Assembly (NCBI GenBank): GCA_026993075.1
Contig: JALWUQ010000005.1
Location: forward strand, 1,022 to 65,021
Reading direction: 5' to 3'
Source of the DNA: Campylobacteraceae bacterium
GTDB lineage: Bacteria; Campylobacterota; Campylobacteria; Campylobacterales; JALSKU01
DNA: 64,000 nucleotides
A model generated the notes under the pieces. That model ran no database searches. It was not told where the DNA came from and saw only the letters and a list, made by a program, of their open reading frames with translations. The first letter of the stretch is position 1. Each line of letters starts with the position of its first letter. Shown piece after piece: positions 58,887 through 64,000 of this stretch. Made by a program: the position numbers and the translations under genes.

Positions 58887-61463
58887 TTATTTTACATTAA
58901 TTGATATATTTTTATCGATTTCATCGACTATTATGGTATCACCATCATTTATTTTATCTTCAAGGATCATTTCGGCTATTTTATCTTCTACAAATTCATA
59001 TATAGTTCTTTTAAGCGGTCTAGCTCCATATATAGGATCAAATCCTGCCTCAGCCAAAAGAGTTTTCGCGTTTTCGCTTAAGCTTATTTCTATACCTCTT
59101 TGTTTTAGTCTGTTTTTAAGATCTATCATCATAATATCAACTATCTCTTTAATTTGCTCCAGACCCAATGGATTAAAGATAACTATATCATCAAGTCTGT
59201 TTAAAAATTCCGGCTTAAAGTGAAATTTTAACTCATCCATTACAGCTTTTTCCTTATCTTTTTGATCTGTAAACTCCATTATTTTTCCACTTGCTATATT
59301 TGAAGTTAAGATTATGATACTATTTTTAAAATCTACCGTAACACCTTTGTTATCAGTTAATCTTCCGTCATCTAAAACTTGTAAAAGTATATTAAATACA
59401 TCAGGATGAGCTTTTTCAATTTCATCAAAGAGTAAAACACTATAAGGGTGTCTTCTAACAGCTTCAGTTAACTGTCCGCCCTCATCATATCCAACATATC
59501 CAGGAGGTGCTCCCACAAGTCGGCTTACGGCATGTTTTTCCATGTATTCGCTCATATCAAATCTAATAAGTGATTTTTCATTATCAAATAAAAATTTTGC
59601 CAAAGTTTTTGCAGTTTGAGTTTTCCCCACTCCAGTAGGTCCTAAAAACATAAAACTACCTATCGGTTTTGTCTCGGAACTTAATCCTGCCTTATTTCTT
59701 TTTATAGCTCTACTGACAGCTTTTAGCGCCAAATCCTGTCCTTTGACTTCTTTTTTAAGCTCATCTTCTATGTGTAAAACTTTATCTTTTTCGCTTTGAA
59801 GCATTTTGGTAACAGGTATACCTGTCCATTTGGCTACAATTTTAGCAATCATATTTTCATCAACACTGTTCCTAAGAAGTGTACCACTCTCTTGCATTTT
59901 AGCCCACTGTTCGTTTAATGCCTCTTCCTTTTTCATAAGTTCTGGAATTTTTCCATATTCTATTTCGGCAGCTTTATTAAAATCACTATTTCTTTTTGCA
60001 AGTTCTGCTTCTCTTTTTAAAGTATCTATTTCAGTTTTAAGTTCAGCTATTTCATTAAAAACTTTTTTTTCATTTTCAAATTGATTTTGTAATGATCTTT
60101 TAGACTCTTCTTTGTCGGCTAACTCTTTTTCTATCTCTTTTAGTCTATCTTTATTTTTTTTAGGACTATCCATTTTCAGTGCTTCTTTTTCAACCAATAA
60201 TGCATTTATTTCTCTTTTAATCTTTGAGAGTTCCATAGGCTCACTCTCGATCTGCATTTTAAGTTCAGCCGCTGCCTCATCTATCAAATCTATCGCTTTA
60301 TCAGGTAAAAATCTATCTGATATATATCTGTCACTTAATTTGGCCGCTGCTACTAGCGCACTGTCAAGAATGGTAACATTATGATGGGCTTCAAGTTTTT
60401 CTTTTATGCCACGAAGAATTTGTAAAGCTTCGTTGATGCTTGGCTCTTCAACCTTAATAGGCTGAAATCTCCTCTGGAGTGCCGCATCTTTTTCAAAATA
60501 TTTTCTATATTCTTTAAGGGTTGTTGCGCCGATTGTATGCAGTTCACCTCTTGCTAATGCAGGTTTTAACATATTGGCAGCATCCATACTACCCTCGCTT
60601 GCTCCTGCTCCAACAATTGTATGTATTTCATCTATAAAAAGTATTATATTTCCATCTTCTTTAACTTCATTTATAACAGCCTTCAATCTGTCTTCAAACT
60701 CACCTCTATATTTTGCACCGGCTATTAATGCACTCATATCCAGTCCGACAACCCTTTTGTTTTGAAGGCTAATGGGTACAACCTTTTCTATTATTCTTTG
60801 AGCTAACCCTTCAACAATAGCTGTTTTTCCGGTTCCTGGCTCACCCAATAGTATCGGATTGTTTTTTGTTTTCCTGATTAGAATCTGCATAATTCTTTGT
60901 ATTTCCTCATCTCTGCCAATAACTGGATCTAATTCATTATTTGCTGCTTTTTTTGTCAAATCTATTCCGTATTTTTCCAAATTTTCCAAATTTTCATCTG
61001 CAGTTTGAGATTCAATTTTTTTATTACCTCTTATTGCTTCAATATTTTTTTTAAGTTCACTAATATCTAAATATTTTGAAAAAATATTTTTAAATTGTTT
61101 GTTATCTATATTTGAGAGTATCCAAGTGTCAACTGCCAAAAAACTATCTCCTGTTGAATTCATAAGACCTTCAGCTTTTTGCAATGTTTCAGCTAATTTT
61201 CTAGAAATTTTAATATTCTCTTTTGTAAGTGTTGAAACTTTTGGCAATCTCTCAGCCTCACTTTTAACCTCAAGTTCGATAGCAACTTTATCAATATTCA
61301 TTTTATTTAATGCTTGATTTAAAATAGAATTGCTATTGCTTAGCAGACCCCATATAACATGTATCTCTTCAACTTCACTGTTTTTATTGTGTAGTGCCAA
61401 AGAAATACCGCTTTCAATAGCTGCTGTCATTTGGTGTGTCAGTTTTTCAAATAATTGTTTCAT
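58887..61463 (-). CDS. clpB: AAA+ disaggregase ClpB
   Basis: Two AAA+ modules ([15 protein letters not shown]; [15 protein letters not shown]) and a long middle coiled coil. I prefer the ATG at 61463 (aaagga SD), giving MKQLFEKLT..., over the listed 61505. Confidence 0.95.
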   Translation of the reverse strand: MKQLFEKLTHQMTAAIESGISLALHNKNSEVEEIHVIWGLLSNSNSILNQALNKMNIDKVAIELEVKSEAERLPKVSTLTKENIKISRKLAETLQKAEGLMNSTGDSFLAVDTWILSNIDNKQFKNIFSKYLDISELKKNIEAIRGNKKIESQTADENLENLEKYGIDLTKKAANNELDPVIGRDEEIQRIMQILIRKTKNNPILLGEPGTGKTAIVEGLAQRIIEKVVPISLQNKRVVGLDMSALIAGAKYRGEFEDRLKAVINEVKEDGNIILFIDEIHTIVGAGASEGSMDAANMLKPALARGELHTIGATTLKEYRKYFEKDAALQRRFQPIKVEEPSINEALQILRGIKEKLEAHHNVTILDSALVAAAKLSDRYISDRFLPDKAIDLIDEAAAELKMQIESEPMELSKIKREINALLVEKEALKMDSPKKNKDRLKEIEKELADKEESKRSLQNQFENEKKVFNEIAELKTEIDTLKREAELAKRNSDFNKAAEIEYGKIPELMKKEEALNEQWAKMQESGTLLRNSVDENMIAKIVAKWTGIPVTKMLQSEKDKVLHIEDELKKEVKGQDLALKAVSRAIKRNKAGLSSETKPIGSFMFLGPTGVGKTQTAKTLAKFLFDNEKSLIRFDMSEYMEKHAVSRLVGAPPGYVGYDEGGQLTEAVRRHPYSVLLFDEIEKAHPDVFNILLQVLDDGRLTDNKGVTVDFKNSIIILTSNIASGKIMEFTDQKDKEKAVMDELKFHFKPEFLNRLDDIVIFNPLGLEQIKEIVDIMMIDLKNRLKQRGIEISLSENAKTLLAEAGFDPIYGARPLKRTIYEFVEDKIAEMILEDKINDGDTIIVDEIDKNISINVK

Positions 61464-61699
61464 TTTGATATCCTTTAGTAATAATTTGGGGTAATTATAC
61501 AACATTTAGTCTATATATGTCAAGTTTTATTAATAATATTTCTAAATGAAGTTTAAAAATATATATAAACTATAAGTATATTTATCAAAATTGATAATAA
61601 AAATATTTTTTTAAAAACTTCTTCTTTATTTTAACAATCTATTTAGGAAATTTTATATAAAATATCGTTCTTAATATCACAATTATAGGAATTAAAAAT

Positions 61700-63016
61700 A
61701 TGAAAAAAACAAGACTCATAACTTTAGGCTTTATCAGCACATTAATAGGTGGTGCACTTCTTCTGTCTTCAACTCTTTCAGCTAAAAGCAAATATGATAA
61801 TGATGCAAGACTCATGGCTCTTTCAAAATTTACAAAGGTTCTTGGAATTGTGAAAAAATACTATGTTGATGATTTGACAATGAATAAAATTATCAATAAA
61901 TCCATTGCGGGTCTGCTGTCAAATCTTGATGCGCATTCATCTTTTTTAAATAAAAAAGCTTTTAAAGAGATGCAAGTTCAAACAAATGGTGAGTTTGGTG
62001 GACTTGGAATCACAGTTGGTATGAGAAATGGAATTTTAACAGTTATTGCACCTATTTATGGTACTCCAGCATATAAGGCTGGTATAAAAGCAGGTGATAT
62101 TATCTTAAAGATTAATAATAAATCAACATTAAATATGACCATTGATGATGCGGTATCTCTAATGAGAGGAAAGCCAAAAACAAAGATTTTTCTTACTGTT
62201 GTTAGAAAAGGTGTAAATACACCTATAAAGATAAAAATTATTAGAGATATAATCAAAATACAATCAGTATATGCAAAAAATATTGAAAAAAGCGGGATTT
62301 TATATATCAAAGTTACAAGCTTCGATAAAAAAGTAGTCGCAGGTGTTAAAAAAGCGATAAAAGAGTACCCTGACAATAAAGGAATTATATTGGATCTTAG
62401 AAATAATCCAGGAGGTCTTCTGTCCCAAGCTGTAGGACTTGTAAATTTATTTGTTAAAAAAGGTATTATAGTTTCGCAAAAAGGAAGAGTTAAAAGTGAA
62501 AATATGGTCTATAACGCAACAGAAAAAGGAACAATGTCTAAAGTGCCTTTGGTAGTTTTAGTAAATGGTGGAAGTGCAAGTGCCAGTGAAATCGTAAGCG
62601 GATCTTTGCAAGATCACAAAAGAGCGATTATCGTTGGTGAAAAAACTTTTGGAAAAGGAAGTGTTCAAGTTATCCTGCCGATAGATAAAACTGAAGCAGT
62701 TAGGCTGACAATTGCAAGATATTATTTACCAAGTGGTAGGACAATCCAATCTGTCGGGGTCACTCCTGATGTTACAGTCTATCCAGGAGTCGTACCTGGT
62801 AAAAAGAATGAATTTATATTAAAAGAAGTAGAGCTTAAAAAACACTTAAAAAGTGAGCTGGAGAAAACGATTCCAAAAAAAGAAAGAAGAGTGGTTAAAG
62901 CATTAGGTAAAAAAGAGACAAAAAGCATAATAACAAAAACCCAATTGTATAAAGATTTACAATTAAAAACTGCAAGAGATATCATAAAAGTTTTAGATAT
63001 AGAAGGCAAGCAATGA
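61700..63016 (+). CDS. ctpA: Carboxy-terminal processing protease (S41)
   Basis: Signal peptide, a PDZ domain (GGLGITV), and the S41 catalytic region ([12 protein letters not shown]...KTFGKGSVQ). Confidence 0.9.
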   Translation: MKKTRLITLGFISTLIGGALLLSSTLSAKSKYDNDARLMALSKFTKVLGIVKKYYVDDLTMNKIINKSIAGLLSNLDAHSSFLNKKAFKEMQVQTNGEFGGLGITVGMRNGILTVIAPIYGTPAYKAGIKAGDIILKINNKSTLNMTIDDAVSLMRGKPKTKIFLTVVRKGVNTPIKIKIIRDIIKIQSVYAKNIEKSGILYIKVTSFDKKVVAGVKKAIKEYPDNKGIILDLRNNPGGLLSQAVGLVNLFVKKGIIVSQKGRVKSENMVYNATEKGTMSKVPLVVLVNGGSASASEIVSGSLQDHKRAIIVGEKTFGKGSVQVILPIDKTEAVRLTIARYYLPSGRTIQSVGVTPDVTVYPGVVPGKKNEFILKEVELKKHLKSELEKTIPKKERRVVKALGKKETKSIITKTQLYKDLQLKTARDIIKVLDIEGKQ

Positions 63017-63726
63017 AAAAAAAAGAATTATTATATGAGGGAAAAGGAAAAAGATTATTTAAAACAGCAGATGAAAATCTTTTAATATCTGAATTTAAAG
63101 ATGATTTGACCGCATTTAATGCACAAAAGAAAGGTAGTGAAAAAGGTAAGGGTGCATTAAATTGTAAAATCAGTACCGAACTTTTTAAATTATTGGAAAA
63201 AAATGGTATAAAAACTCATTTGGTTGAGACAATCAGTGATAATGAACAATTGGTTAAAAAGGTAGATATAATACCTTTGGAAGTTGTTGTAAGAAATATA
63301 GCAACCGGATCTCTAACTAAAAGATTAAATATAAAAGATGGGACTGTGTTGCCTTTTTCTTTGCTTGAATTATATTTTAAAGATGATGATCTCGGAGATC
63401 CTTTGTTAAATGATGAACACTGTATCTTACTTAATATTGCCAACAATGATGAATTGGAAATACTCAAAAATGAAGCAAAGAAAATTAATAAAATTTTAAA
63501 AAGCTTTTTTAAAAACAAGGGATTAAATCTTGTAGATTTTAAAGTAGAGTTTGGCAAAGATAAGGATGGAAATATTTTGTTATCAGATGAAATAAGTCCT
63601 GATAGTTGTAGATTTTGGGATATAAATACCAATGAAAAATTAGATAAAGATAGATTTAGAGAAGGTATAGGAAATGTTAAAGTTGCCTATGAAGAAATAT
63701 TAACAAGAATTTTGGATATAACCTAA
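63013..63726 (+). CDS. purC: SAICAR synthetase
   Basis: [11 protein letters not shown]...[10 protein letters not shown]...EVVVRN motifs. Confidence 0.93.
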   Translation: MKKKELLYEGKGKRLFKTADENLLISEFKDDLTAFNAQKKGSEKGKGALNCKISTELFKLLEKNGIKTHLVETISDNEQLVKKVDIIPLEVVVRNIATGSLTKRLNIKDGTVLPFSLLELYFKDDDLGDPLLNDEHCILLNIANNDELEILKNEAKKINKILKSFFKNKGLNLVDFKVEFGKDKDGNILLSDEISPDSCRFWDINTNEKLDKDRFREGIGNVKVAYEEILTRILDIT

Positions 63727-63736
63727 AGGAGTGTGT

Positions 63737-63982
63737 GTGAAAGTAAAAGTAAATATAGGTTTGAAAAAAGGAGTTCTTGATCCACAGGGTAAGACAGTAT
63801 TTCATGCTCTCAAATCTTTGTCTTTTAATGAAGTTAAAAATGTTAGGATAGGAAAACAAATTGTTTTAGATATAGACAATGATGATCCGATAGAAATAAA
63901 AAATATGGTTAGTAAAATGAGTGAAGAATTACTTGCAAATACTGTTATTGAAGATTATGAAATTATACTTGAGGATGATTGA
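63737..63982 (+). CDS. purS: FGAM synthase subunit PurS
   Basis: VKVKVNIGLKKGVLDPQG is a typical PurS N-terminus. GTG at 63737 follows aaagga. The listed start at 63731 is a GTG two codons upstream. Confidence 0.88.
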   Translation: MKVKVNIGLKKGVLDPQGKTVFHALKSLSFNEVKNVRIGKQIVLDIDNDDPIEIKNMVSKMSEELLANTVIEDYEIILEDD

Positions 63983-64000
63983 TTGAAAAAATTATCTAAA

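Noticed and set aside
61582-61597. Palindrome TTATCAA-aa-TTGATAA in the divergent clpB/ctpA promoter region. I also looked there for CIRCE or HspR (HAIR) heat-shock operators.
   Set aside because: No CIRCE (TTAGCACTC-N9-GAGTGCTAA) or HAIR-like (CTTGAGT-N7-ACTCAAG) sequence was found. The AT-rich 7-bp palindrome is plausible by chance in a >80% AT spacer.

Overview
This is a visibly AT-rich, gene-dense chromosomal segment of Campylobacterota (epsilonproteobacterial) type. The lineage call rests on a fused CcsBA cytochrome c synthase, futalosine-pathway genes (an MqnA/MqnD-family gene and the pfs/MTAN nucleosidase), and a long block (rplU-rpmA-obg-proB-fmt-birA-parAB-atpF'FHAGDC-tolQRA-tolB-pal-ybgF-slyD-fabD-pfs) whose order matches what I recall for Campylobacter jejuni. 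About 70 CDS are almost all housekeeping. On the minus strand there is a four-tRNA operon (Lys-Glu-Val-Asp) behind a perfect consensus sigma70 promoter. Accessory content is limited to four items:
- the 3' end of a type I restriction hsdR gene at the left edge;
- an Mla-like operon whose ATPase gene is a P-loop-less remnant;
- a merT-merP-arsR-merA mercury resistance cluster;
- a GAF-GGDEF(degenerate)-EAL gene.

I found no CRISPR array, rRNA, transposase or integrase, and no obvious multi-gene defence system inside the window. The most unusual signals are non-genic.
1. Two paralogous ~125-130-nt cassettes sit exactly on the translation starts of two unrelated genes (a pentapeptide-repeat gene and proB). 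Each supplies the Shine-Dalgarno and GTG start of the host gene. Each is bracketed by a short direct repeat that contains a second start codon. Each carries a conserved 28/29-aa mini-ORF that ends in a GTGA stop/start overlap.
2. A ~118-bp MITE-like element with 16-bp terminal inverted repeats and a 9-bp direct-repeat flank lies immediately after the ridA stop codon.

All calls come from reading the sequence and the supplied translations. No database search was run.
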